Source of the DNA: Octopus sinensis
Taxonomy: Eukaryota
Direction of reading: 5' to 3'
Assembly: GCF_006345805.1 (NCBI RefSeq)
Contig: NC_042997.1
Location: forward strand, 159,278,001 to 159,342,000
Length of the DNA stretch: 64,000 nucleotides
The notes beneath the pieces were generated by a model. The model saw only the letters and a list, made by a program, of their open reading frames with translations. It did no database searches and was not told the DNA's origin. Made by a program: the position numbers and the translations under genes. Below, piece after piece: positions 12,671 to 25,222 of this stretch. Each line of letters starts with the position of its first letter. The stretch's first letter is position 1.

Positions 12671-13220
12671 GTGTTTATCAAGGCTATACCTGATACATAA
12701 ATCCACAAGTGCGTTTTCAGGCTATTTATCTTATTGTTATTATTATTAATGGACCAAAGTTAAAAATACATATAAGTCATATTAAATAGAAAAATAAGAA
12801 TAGGAATAAAAATATATAAATTGCAATTATATTTTTAAAAACTAAAAAAATGTGTAAAATTTTAAAAATTAAACACCTAAAATTACATTACCGATATATA
12901 GAGGAAATGCTAAACCTAAGGAAACCCTCAACGACTATATTATAACACATCAAATCCTACAACCTATCTACATAAACATTACGGGAATTAGTAATTTAAT
13001 GTAAGATTTACCCTATCTATACAAGTAAAAATTACCATTTTTTATGTCAAATCTAAGTTAATAGTATTTAAAAGATTATTTAGTAAAAACCACTATATAC
13101 ATTATAAATAATAAAAAAATCTAGTAAAAAAAATTTACAAAGGAAGAATACTTATCGATGTAATGTTGACTCCTTCTTGTTCCTGTGGATTTATGTATTA
13201 GGTATAGCCTTGATAACCAC
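12671..13220. repeat. 37-bp inverted repeat flanking a very AT-rich spacer
   Basis: GTGTTTATCAAGGCTATACCTGATACATAAATCCACA (12671-12707) versus reverse complement of 13184-13220; 2 mismatches. Confidence 0.8.
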
Positions 13221-13552
13221 CCCACCAGCGCAGAAACACATGTAGCATTGATTAAAAATACCTTCTTTACCCACAGGCTAATAACAGGAAAGTTATATAT
13301 ATTTTTCAAATAGCTTTAGTGTATTTTATAGTAGGGTTTTTAAATGCATAGATTATTTTATTGGATATAACTTCCTTTGTGTATTCCATGCAACAAGGTT
13401 GTCCTGAAATAGGAGTTGCCGTTCTCTTGGTAAAATCCCAAATTTGTAATAATATTACAAATGATACAATTTACATTGCATTAGTAAAGTGTAAAACAGT
13501 AAATGTCCTGATAACATGGAATACTTATTATTCCCTTAGATTTAAAATACAT

Positions 13553-13584
<32 letters not shown>

Positions 13585-13889
13585 CGCACTTCAGGACCAG
13601 TTACTGCAGCAGCCTGGGTTTCAGGGACCCACAGCTTTTTAATATTCTCCCAAAGAGCCTGAGGAACCAACACAAAGTAGATGCAGGTATTTTAAAATCA
13701 AGGCTGGACATCTTCCTATCGAGTCCCAGATGAACCTACCTCACAGCAAGAGGTGCAAATGAGGGTAGCTACATCAAACCCCATTCTTCAGCAAGTACCA
13801 GATATTGGAGAAGGCTCTCAGTAATAATTGTATAGCAAAATGCTGGTGCATCAGCATGGCAATGGCTCCAAGCTGAAACTACAAAGAAA

Positions 13890-13953
<64 letters not shown>

Positions 13954-14258
13954 CGCACTTCAGGACCAGTTACTGCAGCAGCCTGGGTTTCAGGGACCCA
14001 CAGCTTTTTAATATTCTCCCAAGAGCCTGAGGAACCAACACAAAGTAGATGCAGGTATTTTAAAATCAAGGCTGGACATCTTCCTATCGAGTCCCAGATG
14101 AACCTACCTCACAGCAAGAGGTGCAAATGAGGGTAGCTACATCAAACCCCATTCTTCAGCAAGTACCAGATATTGGAGAAGGCTCTCAGTAATAATTGTA
14201 TAGCAAAATGCTGGTGCATCAGCATGGCAATGGCTCCAAGCTGAAACTACAAAGAAAA
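13585..14258 (+). mobile_element. Tandemly duplicated 3' end of a CR1-type LINE (two ~305-bp copies)
   Basis: Translates HFRTSYCSSLGFRDPQLFNILPKSLRN...LKSRLDIFLS/VPDEPTSQQEVQMRVATSNPILQQV, a typical CR1-group C-terminus. Copies at 13585-13890 and 13954-14258 differ by one base and are bounded by (TA)n. Confidence 0.8.
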
Positions 14259-14276
14259 TATATATATATATATTAC

Positions 14277-14314
<38 letters not shown>

Positions 14315-14344
14315 CATATATATAAATTCTATATATATATTATA

Positions 14345-14660
14345 TAGATATCGCCTCACTGGCACGTGAAAAACAATATTCAAGCAAGGTCGTTGCCACT
14401 GCTGCTGGACTGGCTCCTGTGCAGGTGGCACATAAAAAGCACCATTTGAATGTAACCATTGCCAGTACCACCCGACTGGCCCTTGTGCTGGTGGCACGTA
14501 GAAGCACCCACTACACTCTCGGAGTGGTTGGTGCTAGGAAGGGCATCCAGCAGTAGAAGCTCTGCCAGATCAGCTTGGAGCCTGGTGCAGCCATCTGACT
14601 CGCCAATCCTCAGTCAAATCGTCCAACCCATGCTAAAATGCTGCCTCAACAACCTATTTT
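14345..14660 (+). mobile_element. RTE 3'-UTR fragment
   Basis: Shares GGTGGCAC.TAAAAAGCACC subrepeats and the terminal domain with 28310-28525. Confidence 0.8.
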
Positions 14661-16356
14661 CTGAAATGAAAATAGACATTAAACAAATGTGCAATGCCAT
14701 TATAAAAAGTGTATTGTCATTGCTTACAAGTCATATGTCATCAGTTAATACATTACTTTAAAGCAGTATTTGTTAAATAAATTTTATTATATTTTTTCAG
14801 TGCCATTCCCCTTGTAAACAACCCTCAGGTTTTAGAAGTTATTTTATATTTCCATTTTTAAGAAACAGTTATTTATAGTTTGAAAAAAGTCTAAACTGCT
14901 GGGAATTATGAACTATGGTCATGGAAACATCACAGAGACAAAATAATGATTATCAACCTTTTAGATTCAGTAATCAAACATATTATTGACTTAGATACTA
15001 ATAGATTTCTCAGTTTTATAACTAAACTAATGAAAATTACCATTAAAAGATCATAAACTATATTTTAATAAACATCAGTGCTGTGATCAACTTATCTGCT
15101 CACACTTTCATGCAAAAAATGGAAAAGACAAAGCAGTATTATTAGTGGCGGCATTGTTTTTATTATTATTAATATCATCTTCATCTTTATTTTCCCGTTG
15201 ATTATGCCAGAAATATCTAAAGCAATTTAACGATTTAAAGTCGAAAGGTTAACTTCAATAGATGCGTAAATAATGCAATAGGATGGGCAGAGAGGACAAA
15301 AGCTACAAAGAAACAGCCTAATAATCACGACACATATTGAGTAAAGTTGTATTATTAATCTCTTGTTTGGCATCCACTGGCTATATTGCCTTGGAGATAA
15401 CAGCTTCGATCTTACTGACTAACTCTAGGAATCTGCCGAAATAGAATCCTTTTAAGAAGTGCTGCACTGTCGACCAGACTACACGCCACTGACATAAATT
15501 TGGCACATTACCCGAATAATATTAGTGATTTTCTAATATATGTATACACACACAAACACACTCTCTCTCGCACATACATACATTTTCATCTCATGCAGAA
15601 AATTTCCAAATAAAATGGAAGAAAAGTGATGGAGCCATATCTTCTGAATACCCATAATAAACCTCCATAATGACTGAAACACAATATTGGGAACGCATAA
15701 ATAAATGTCTACAGCCTTGAGTTCCAATTTTAGAAGAGTTATTTTCAATTCATTTCTATGATGTTCTGTGCTGTCTATCTTATGCAGATTTCTTATATGT
15801 TCTTGCGTACACATTCTAGCACTCTCATTTGCACGCATAAACATAAATACACACACACAACTTCAGTAACACATTCACACAGACACATGCATATACAAGC
15901 ATGTGCTCACCAAAGGTTAGTTGTCATACAATTGTTGTTATATAATTATATGTATATATAGAGATAGATAGATATAGATATGCATGCAAATACATAGACA
16001 GACAGACACACACATATTCTTTTTAGAGTTTAGAGCCAGAAGAGGAAGAGTAGGACCTATAACCTTTGCAGAATTTCTGAGAATGGTGAGAGGAGTGGAA
16101 TAGACCACTACCCACGAGTTGTTGGAGTAGGAAATGTTACATCAAGATATCCAGTTATCTCCTGTTTGTAACAGCATGGACTGGCTAAAGATATGCAATC
16201 ATCAAAACATGATGTTTGTTCTTGAGGATACTCTGCAACTCACTGAGTATGTTGGGACTATGGGAATGAAATAACACACGCAATCACACATACACACACA
16301 CACACATGTGCAAAGGAGCAATACACATAAAGAACACGCAGGAAATTTATATATAG

Positions 16357-16400
<44 letters not shown>

Positions 16401-16413
16401 TTTTTTTTTTCTT

Positions 16414-16775
16414 GGATGCCTAGGAGGTTCCCTAGAAGTTGTAGATAGTCTCTTTTACCTAGGTGACCTAACGAGCAATAGAGGAGGAAGTTCTGAAAAC
16501 TGGAAGTATAGTTGCTAGAATAAAAAGAGACAGGAGAAAGTTCAGAGAGCTATTACCTCTGTTGATAACAAAAGGTCTCCATTTCCAAATGAAAGGCAAA
16601 GTGTATGCTCTTTGTGTATGAGCAGCACTGGTACATGGTAGTGAGATATGGACACTGAATGCAAAGAGCATGCAAAGATTAGAAAGAATGAAGCTCGTAA
16701 GCTTTGACAAATGTGGAGCATCATGGTACATGTATGACAAAGTGCAATTATGTTGAGAGAAATCATCAGTGGCAA
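16414..16775 (+). mobile_element. Decayed RTE RT C-terminal fragment (divergent subfamily)
   Basis: Translates ...SLEVVDSLFYLGD...KFRELLPLLITKGLHFQMKGKVY...HGSEIWTLNA..., homologous to the 27590-27880 part of the long RTE. Confidence 0.8.
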
Positions 16776-17584
16776 GTCCTGACATGTTTCAAAGTTATAA
16801 TGATCTCGTAAGCAGAGGTATAAAGTACAACAAACTTGCTGAAGTAGTGATAGTAGAACCACTTAGTAAATGTACAAGATTTACACTTTTTGGCACAGAA
16901 AGGTAGTAATGTTTTAGGCAATGGTTCTGAAGCCAAGCGCCACGGATTACAGGTGCACTGAAATAGGTGTATAGCAAAACTGGATTTATGAATGTATAAT
17001 TTAAGGCTTCAGAAAATTCATGCTAATACAAGAGTTTATTTTTACTTTTGCATTTTTTTAAAAACTATGTTGTTTACAATTGTTACATACAACTGTGATT
17101 ACTAAAACAATGCAAGCACTGGTTTCATTCTAAATTTTTAGCTTTAGGAAATAGTTTTCTATTTAAAATTTCCAGGTAAAGAGCACAAGAACTATTTTTT
17201 TATATTTCAAGAATGCCAAAAAATAAACAGATTGAATGCCACTGGTTTGGAGAATAAATAAGTGACTGTCTGCAAGAAAACAATCAATGAAGAAAATAAT
17301 GATTGTGGTGGCGTTTGTAATAATGATGATAATGTTGATGTTATGAGGTCATGGTAATGAAAACAATTGAAATCTAAGGAAATGTGGAACAATCAAAATG
17401 AAGAAAGTGATTAAAAGTAACTATCTCCAAAATAGCATATGACCCATTGATAAAAATAAATCAATGAATTGACTACATTTGTTTACTACTGAAGCATAAA
17501 ATTTCGATTCAATGCAGCATCTTTAAATACTATGAATGTACATTTGATATTCAAGCAGCAACAAATCAGCAAATCATTAGAGGG

Positions 17585-17782
17585 TCCCTTGACCTGACAA
17601 AAATAGCACTGAAATCTCCATCATATCATCATCATCATCGTTTAACGTCCGTTTTCCGCGCTAACACGGGTTGGACGGTTCAACCGGGGTCTGGGAAGCC
17701 AGGAGCTGCACCAGGCTCCAGTCTGATCTGGCAGAGTTTCTACAGCTGGATGCCCTTCCTAACGCCAACCACTCTGCGAGTA
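17585..17782 (-). mobile_element. RTE 3'-UTR fragment, little diverged
   Basis: Close reverse complement of 28360-28520, including the tail. Confidence 0.85.
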
Positions 17783-18699
17783 TCCTGATATTTGAAAACT
17801 AAATAAGCTCAGCAGTGTGGACCCTGATACACAAAAGGATGAGATGGTCATGACTAGATCAGCTTTGATTATAGCTATGTTGAATGGGGACAGATTTGGG
17901 GTGAAACAACAATGTTGACCAGACACTTTATTTATTTTGCATAAATAATGCAATTATAGCCTGTTTTTTAACTGAAATATTGCTGGAACCTCTTATCTAA
18001 TTTAGACAATGCTAAAGTTTCTATCTAATTGAAATAATGTTAAACCAAGCATTTAATTTAAATAATGCTAGAGCCTTACAGCTAGTTCAAATAATATCGA
18101 AGCCTCTTGCCTATTTCGATCTAGCATGAAATAAAACTATCCACTTGAATACTCTTAGTTCTTTCACCAACAAACAGCTTTCAGTCTTTTGGGTTTTTTT
18201 CTTTCTTTTCTTTCTTGGCTCTTTGTCAAAATGCGTCATCTGTTTAGTGGAATGAGGAAAAACTTCTTCGAGAAAACGACTGAAGGAGGATGCAGTTCTT
18301 GACAAGATTAATAGAATGTTTAATTTATGGTTTGTGCAGAAGAAGGACAAAAAAGAGAATGAGGAGAAGCGAAAAGGTTGATTCATTAACTAGTCACAGT
18401 TGTTGAGAAGCTCCATAGTAAATTTAATCAAACAGCTACAAAGACACATAGCTAAATGTTTAAAGGACCGAATGTGACCTACACATCTGTTGATACAGAT
18501 ATACTATGCTTCTGTATTATGCATCAGTAAAAGCAATAACGAAGATGGGGACACTACAACTAATACATAATATAAAAATTCCTGATCTCAGAAATATAGA
18601 ATTGTATACTATACCTCTACCTAACTGAGAATCAAATGACATACCCTGGAGGCAATCATTCCCAACTCACTCCAAAGAAAGGTCACTTAAATGATTGGT

Positions 18700-19060
18700 A
18701 TGAGATTACTCACCAGCTCACTCAAACTTCTGACTAACAGAAGTTGGAGTGTGTTATAACCTCTCTCTGGGTCTTCTACAGCTGCAACATTAACTTCAGC
18801 TCCTTGGGAGTGGCTAATCTTATGACACCTCAACTCAAGCATTCCAGATACACTAATCTTTCTTAACCTTATCACCCAGTATCCACCCCCCAAGTCTAGG
18901 TCCAAGCTCTGCATTAACCATCATAACTTGACCTTCCTTCTCAGTATGACAGCTCTCTGTAATTACTTTCATGCAATCTTTTTCTTTCTGCAGCTGCCAA
19001 CTTGCAGCTAATCTAGAAGAATGTTAACAATACCTCACATCAGCTTCAGAAGGCCTGTTA
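18700..19060 (-). mobile_element. Probable old RTE-like C-terminal remnant
   Basis: One frame reads VNAELGPRLGGWILGDKVKKD then CRRPRERL, loosely like the RTE 'NEEL..RLG...L.DKV...RGRP..RW' tract; many stops. Confidence 0.35.
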
Positions 19061-19239
19061 ACAAAAAATGGAGGATACATGTAGTTGTTGATATCCCTAA
19101 AAAGACAGAATGGTCATGGCTGGAATGCCTTTGATCATAGATTTATGCAATCTGCACCAGATTGTTACAAAACAACAACAAACACTAACATATTTAATGA
19201 CATAAGAAACACATAGGCATATTAGATATGCCTATATTT

Positions 19240-19380
19240 CATCTGTCTTTACATTCTTAGTTCAAATTCCACCGAGGTCGACTTTGCCTTTCATTCTTTC
19301 AAGGTCAATAAATTAAGTACCAGTTGCGTCCTAGGGTCGATCTAATTAACTAGCCCCCTCCCCCAAAATTTCGAATTTTT
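19240..19380 (+). mobile_element. SINE family A, 5'-truncated
   Basis: TTCAAATTCCACCGAGGTCGACTTTGCCTTTCAT...AAGTACCAGTTG. Confidence 0.8.
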
Positions 19381-20336
19381 TTAATATGGGGTGTTTGATT
19401 TTGAGGGAGAGCCGGTTAAGATTTCTAGCAAATCAATTAACCACATGTAACTTCTCATATACACTCATAAATCAGTGTTTACACAGCTTACTCATCAAGT
19501 GGGCTGATTTTTTTCCCCCTGTATGTTCAAAGTCTAGAATATAAATATACAGGATTAGTGCTCTAATGCACATTGTATTTGCTCATTAAAGGATTAGCAG
19601 TGGCTTCATTGGTAAAAAAAAATTTCTTGGCCACAAACCCAAACCTTCCAATCATTATGATGTCATTTTAACAATGTTTAGTCATTCAATCATTCAAGCT
19701 GAGATCGACTGAGAAGTTTTTTCTTTCTTTTTTTGTATGTACAAACTCACCCCTCCATCCTATCAAGAGAATTATGGAAGTAAATCAATAGAAATCCACA
19801 ATGAAACAAGCAGAACAAAAACTGAGAGGGTGTATATAGAAAGATGAATATTGAACAATTGCACTCCTATTTCTGATAAAACAATTACAAATCAATTAAG
19901 AGTTCAATTGCTTGTTAGACATAAAGGTCATGATCACAGAAGTTTTGAGATCAACTGAACATTATTCATTAGAAAGCAACAATAACTAACGAAGCTAGTT
20001 TACTGGCAACTATTCATGACCAGTATATTATATGTTTAATTTATTAATGAACTATTAATTAAGGTAATTTGTGACTGTAAACAGAAGGTAAAGGCAATGG
20101 AGAATTTTTACATCAGTGCTTCATGTTATGTTGTTTGTTGTTTTTTTTTGTATTGGTTTTTCTTTTGCTTGCTTGTTACTACAACTGGTTATACAGGTAA
20201 CACAAAAGTCAATATAAATTGGAATTATTGATGAACGTAATCAGTATTAAGTCAAAATAGCTTCACATTGTATTTGGTTCAATTCTACTAGATAAGTGAA
20301 AGCTTATCTCCCTCCATTCTTCTCCCACTCACTCAT

Positions 20337-20401
<65 letters not shown>

Positions 20402-21043
20402 GGGAGAGACAGCTAGTCAGACACATCAGGTCGAGTGGACTGAAAGTTTGCTTTATAAGCACATGATTTCAAGTTCTATCACACTGCATGGCGCCATGAG
20501 CAATCATATTCTACTATAGCCTCAGTCTGATCAATTCCCTATGAATGGAATTGGCTGGCAGAAACTGTATGAAAGATCATCATAGACAAATGTGTGTGTG
20601 TGTTTGGTTATGTGTGTACCTGTGTATTAAGAGTAATGAGTGAGTAGATAAAATAGTTGGCATTGTATATATAACTTACCAGGATCTTACTTCAATCTAA
20701 ATAAAGTTGATACAAGTTACATCACTGTTCAGTCATCTAGTTGTGAGAGACAACCTGAGCACTGTGCACTAAATATTCACTAAATAAACTTATGTATGTC
20801 TAGCTATCTAGATCAGTGGGTCCCTTTAATGTATCCTTTGTCATTCATGGTGTACTTTAAAGCAACTAAAAATATTTTAGTGCACTTTGTACAAAAGGTT
20901 AAAAGGTATTTTGAAAAAATGGAATTTATGTATTTTAGCCTATAAATACAAATAATATAAACTACAGGAAATATTTTAAGCATGCATTTCTATAAATAGA
21001 GAATAGATAAAATAGTTATGTAGAATTTCAGTTTGTGCTTTTC

Positions 21044-21092
21044 ACTATTTCAAATAAAAATGTTTACATATACGTGTCTGTGTCTATAATTA

Positions 21093-21126
<34 letters not shown>

Positions 21127-21804
21127 ATCATTATCATTTTATATCTATCTTTCACACTGGCATGGGCTGGAGACTGTTCCAATGTTTCAGTTCTGGCATG
21201 CATACATACGTGATAATTCAAGCAATGCACCATCTCAACCACATATTAAAAAACACCAAGAACTCTCTTAACTCAAAACATCCTGTCGCTTTGTTAACAA
21301 CCAGCTTGTACTAACTCAAGAACATAGATAAAACTCAAAGAAAAACCACCCATCCATACATACATGCACACATGCATGCATACACGGGTTCATCAACAGG
21401 GAGGATTCAGTTGAACATGTGAACTCTTGAATTTATGTGCAAGTGACTGAGCATTTCACAGACATGTGCTCCCTTGATGTAATTTTCAGGTAGAAGCATT
21501 GTGACACAATGTGTCTATATCATTGACTTACAAGTACAATCCATCCAATGGGCTTCTATACAGTTTCCATCTTCTGAAGTTCACTTATATGATATGAACC
21601 AATCCGAGGTAACAGAAAATGACATTTGCCAAAGATGCCATACCTGAGGATTGAACCCCAATAGTGCAGTGTAGTGTTAATATTATAACTGACTATTTCA
21701 AATAAAAATGTTTACATATATGTGTCTGTATCTGTAATTATTTATATATACATCATCATTATCATTTTACATCTATCTTTCACACAGGCATGGGCTGGAG
21801 ACTG
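21044..21804 (+). repeat. Diverged direct repeat pair (21044-21176 and 21692-21804)
   Basis: Both read ACTATTTCAAATAAAAATGTTTACATATA...TCATCATTATCATTTTA.ATCTATCTTTCACAC.GGCATGGGCTGGAGACTG. Confidence 0.85.
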
Positions 21805-22654
21805 ACAGTATCCAACAGATAGGAAGACAAAGTCTTCTCTTTGTTAAATAGAAATGATGGGAAGAGATAATATTGAGAATAGGGTGATAAATGCCAAAAG
21901 CAAGTGGCTCCAAGGAGAGGGATAACTGGTACAACAAAAGGACATGTAATATGTGTGGTTTTGCTCTTGTCTGATCTCATTTAATTATAGCAGTTGAACA
22001 GTAGTGTAGTTACAAGAGTGATGGGTCCAAGGAACATGAAAGGTGATGAGGGCTTGACAGGGATATAATAGAAGCAAAGCAATGTTCAGGACTTCTTTTC
22101 AGTTTTCATCTCCTATATTCATTCACAAGGCTTTAGTGGCTTTGAGGCTATAGCAGAAAACACTTGCTCAAAGTGGCACATAGTGGAACTCATCCTAAAA
22201 CCATGTGATAGCATAGCAGACTTCTTAACCTCACAACCAAGTCTGTGTGTGTGTGTGTGTGTGGTGTGTAGGGAAATATATGTGGGTGGGGGGTCGTGCA
22301 TGCTACACTCATATGGGGAACCATAGTTGACCTACATCTGACATGATCCAAATTTCTAATAACCAAAATAGAAAGAAACTCAAGCTAATGCTTTCTTTAA
22401 CCTCACTTAATACTTACTCAGTTGTTGATCCCCTAACCCCAACTCCATTCTTTAAAAGTTGTGTGGAAACAAATGTTGTGATTTACTTTTAAAGCCAGTT
22501 ATCCTTCATCCTTGAATTAATCTTGTGTGAAGAGGAGTTCCACATGTGTATCTAGCCCCGGAATATACTCCATTGTAGGATATCATGCGGGGGCCAAATA
22601 ATGACATAAGAGCTTTTATATGCAGGTTATGAGGTTTTCACCCCAATTATACTA

Positions 22655-22697
<43 letters not shown>

Positions 22698-22703
22698 AAT
22701 GGT

Positions 22704-23032
22704 AAGATCTCCTTTAGTCATGAATGAGCATGGGATTGCACCTAAAAAGTTCACCTCTGAGGCATAAGTCCAGGCAAGGTTGTTTACAGAAGACCAGCAG
22801 TCACCCATGCATATCAACCTCCCCTCACCATGCGACTGATGTTATCCAAGAGAAAGGTAAAGGTCATTACAGCTTGGCACCAGTGATGTTACAACTCATT
22901 TCTACAGATGTGTGAACAGGAGCAATATAAATTAAAGTGTCTTACTCAAGAACACAACATATAGCCCAGCACAGGAATTGAACTCACTACCTCATGATTG
23001 TGAGCTTGACACTCTAACCACTGAGTCATGTG
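22704..23032 (-). mobile_element. SINE family B, full length
   Basis: Reverse complement of 779-1110, including the tRNA-like head. Confidence 0.8.
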
Positions 23033-23804
23033 CTTTCACTACATGTGTGTGTGTGGCAGCCTACTAGTGCCAGTGTCACAAAATAAAAGAAGCACCCAAT
23101 ACACTGTAAAGTGATTTGACCTTAGGGAAGGTATCCAGTCATTGAAAACATTCCAAGGTTGACATTGCAGCATGACACATCTTTGTGGCTCAGCAGATCC
23201 TGTCAAACCATTCTACCTAAGCCACCAAGGGAAACAGATGTCAAATGTTTAAATGTTGATGATGATGGTGATGATATATAAAACATCTTAAAATGAATTA
23301 AAAGCATAATATCAATCAGTTCTTTGGAAAGCATTTTAAAAGCAGTGCTTCAATATAACATATGTAGTGACAGTTGTTGAGATGAAATTAACTGAATTAG
23401 AGAGCTTAGACAAAGGATTAAAGTGACCAATACAAGTAAATCTCACGTAATTTGTTGTCAAGTAAAAATATATATAGATTCAGAAAGTATCTTCAACAGA
23501 ACAGTGCAATAATATCAATTCAGCTGTCAACCATTACTAATACTATCTTTCATTTAGAAAGCTATAGTGACAGTAATAGCTTACACAACTAAAACTTTAA
23601 AGCCAGTTCAACCATTGATGGGTTTGGCTCATTTTCTTTGGCGTTTCCTTTCTCTCTGTCTTTCTTTTCCCTCTTTTCTTTTACAGTGACTTGAATAACA
23701 AAGAAAGAAAGAAAAATTTTGCATCAAGCAAAGATTCTAGATTTTCTATTTTTTCTGCAATTATTATTTTTGTTATCACTATTCATATAATTATTATCAT
23801 CATC

Positions 23805-23838
<34 letters not shown>

Positions 23839-23841
23839 GAA

Positions 23842-23879
<38 letters not shown>

Positions 23880-24432
23880 GCCCTGATGTAGTACCAGGCA
23901 GTGGCTCTCATGACTTCTGATCTTAACTGATTGGAAATGTTATCATGTACATTGTTTTGTCTTGGTATAAAAGATGGGCTACAGCAAATATTCTGCTCAA
24001 TACCACAGATTTGCTTGTCAGTTGTTTGACCATAACCAGTTGACCATGTCCCTTAGTGGCCGACGATATGTGCATCTCTGATCACGAGCAGAAGTAGTGG
24101 GGGAGCATCATAGCCGTATGTTGAAAGGAATTCTTAGAGGTTTGGATAATTCACCTTTGGAAACATGGGTGGTTTGTTCAACATCTTTGAACAATCCTTA
24201 TTCAGGGACCTTTGGAGTGGGATGGGCTACTCGACCAGAAGAAAATTCTAACTGGGCCCTACCTGCAAGGTCATGTGCTGTTTATCTTGATATGAGATCA
24301 CCATGTCGCACACATATGGTTGTGATGCATGTGCCTGGTGTACTCTTACCAGATGGGTAGTCATGATGGGTATACTAGGCTTTGTATATTTTACCCCAGT
24401 GTCACTTTAATGGCATGCACTGCTCTCTCTCA
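23880..24432. repeat. Unclassified ~550-bp GC-richer block between (AAT)n and (AGT)n tracts, probably an interspersed repeat
   Basis: Composition shift and microsatellite boundaries; single copy in this window, no convincing ORF. Confidence 0.35.
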
Positions 24433-24871
24433 GTAGTAGTAGTAGTTTTATTAGTATTATTTCAATAGTGTTATTTCAATTGTGTGCTTTCACTGAGTAT
24501 AACTCCATGTGCCTTGGGTATGTGCAGTGTTCTGTGCCTGCCGATTGAAATGAAAGTCTTTCATATAATGTGTGCAGCACCCACTCTTGATATTTTCTAT
24601 ACAGTGAGTTTGTTTGAAAATCCTGGTGTTTTTTTTTTATTATATATTAGTTTGAATCTTTTTCAATCATTCCTAAGGCACTACACCTAGTATTATAGAA
24701 GAATTTGATAAAAATGATTAGTGGTGAGCAGGCTGTGAATGATGATATAAGCAAGGTTACAGTACTGACAGAGCAGTGTTGTTGATAGAGAGGTGGTATC
24801 AGTAAGATGATGGCACTGGTTGAGTCACAGCAAGGTCACCAAGTAACTTGCAAGATACAATCCCTCAACCG

Positions 24872-24910
<39 letters not shown>

Positions 24911-24917
<7 letters not shown>

Positions 24918-25039
24918 CAATAAGAAAATGGAGGGGGTCAATAGGTGGTTCATCAACTAAATAAATAAGTTAACATAATATAATGTCTAAAAGTTGATGA
25001 ACCACCTATTGATCCCCTCCATTTTCTTATTGCTATATA
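24911..25039. mobile_element. Short hairpin MITE: 48-bp arms around a 33-nt loop
   Basis: Arms 24911-24958 and 24992-25039 differ at one position (a G.U pair in RNA); TA-rich ends; diverged partial copy near 42625-42705. Confidence 0.85.
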
Positions 25040-25222
25040 AATTAATGGTAAAATATCTCTTTACCTTCATCCATTTAGTACACTAAGTAATGTAATTGTA
25101 ATGCAATAAAAAACACTTGTGTATTAATAATTGGGTATTCTACCAGCAGTATATTGGATAGATATTATCCCTTAGTGGGTTAGATTCACAACCTCTAACT
25201 TTCTTGGAGTTAAATGAAGACA

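Noticed and set aside
16027-16090. EF-hand-like peptide GPITFAEFLRM
   Set aside because: Too short, lacks the acidic calcium-binding loop, and no neighbouring exons were found.
18714-19046. Apparent minus-strand exon with good acceptor and GTGAGT donor (LAASWQLQKEKD...RSLSEL)
   Set aside because: It needs a frameshift in a G run and contains an in-frame stop or a 21-nt intron; another frame resembles a decayed RTE C-terminus.
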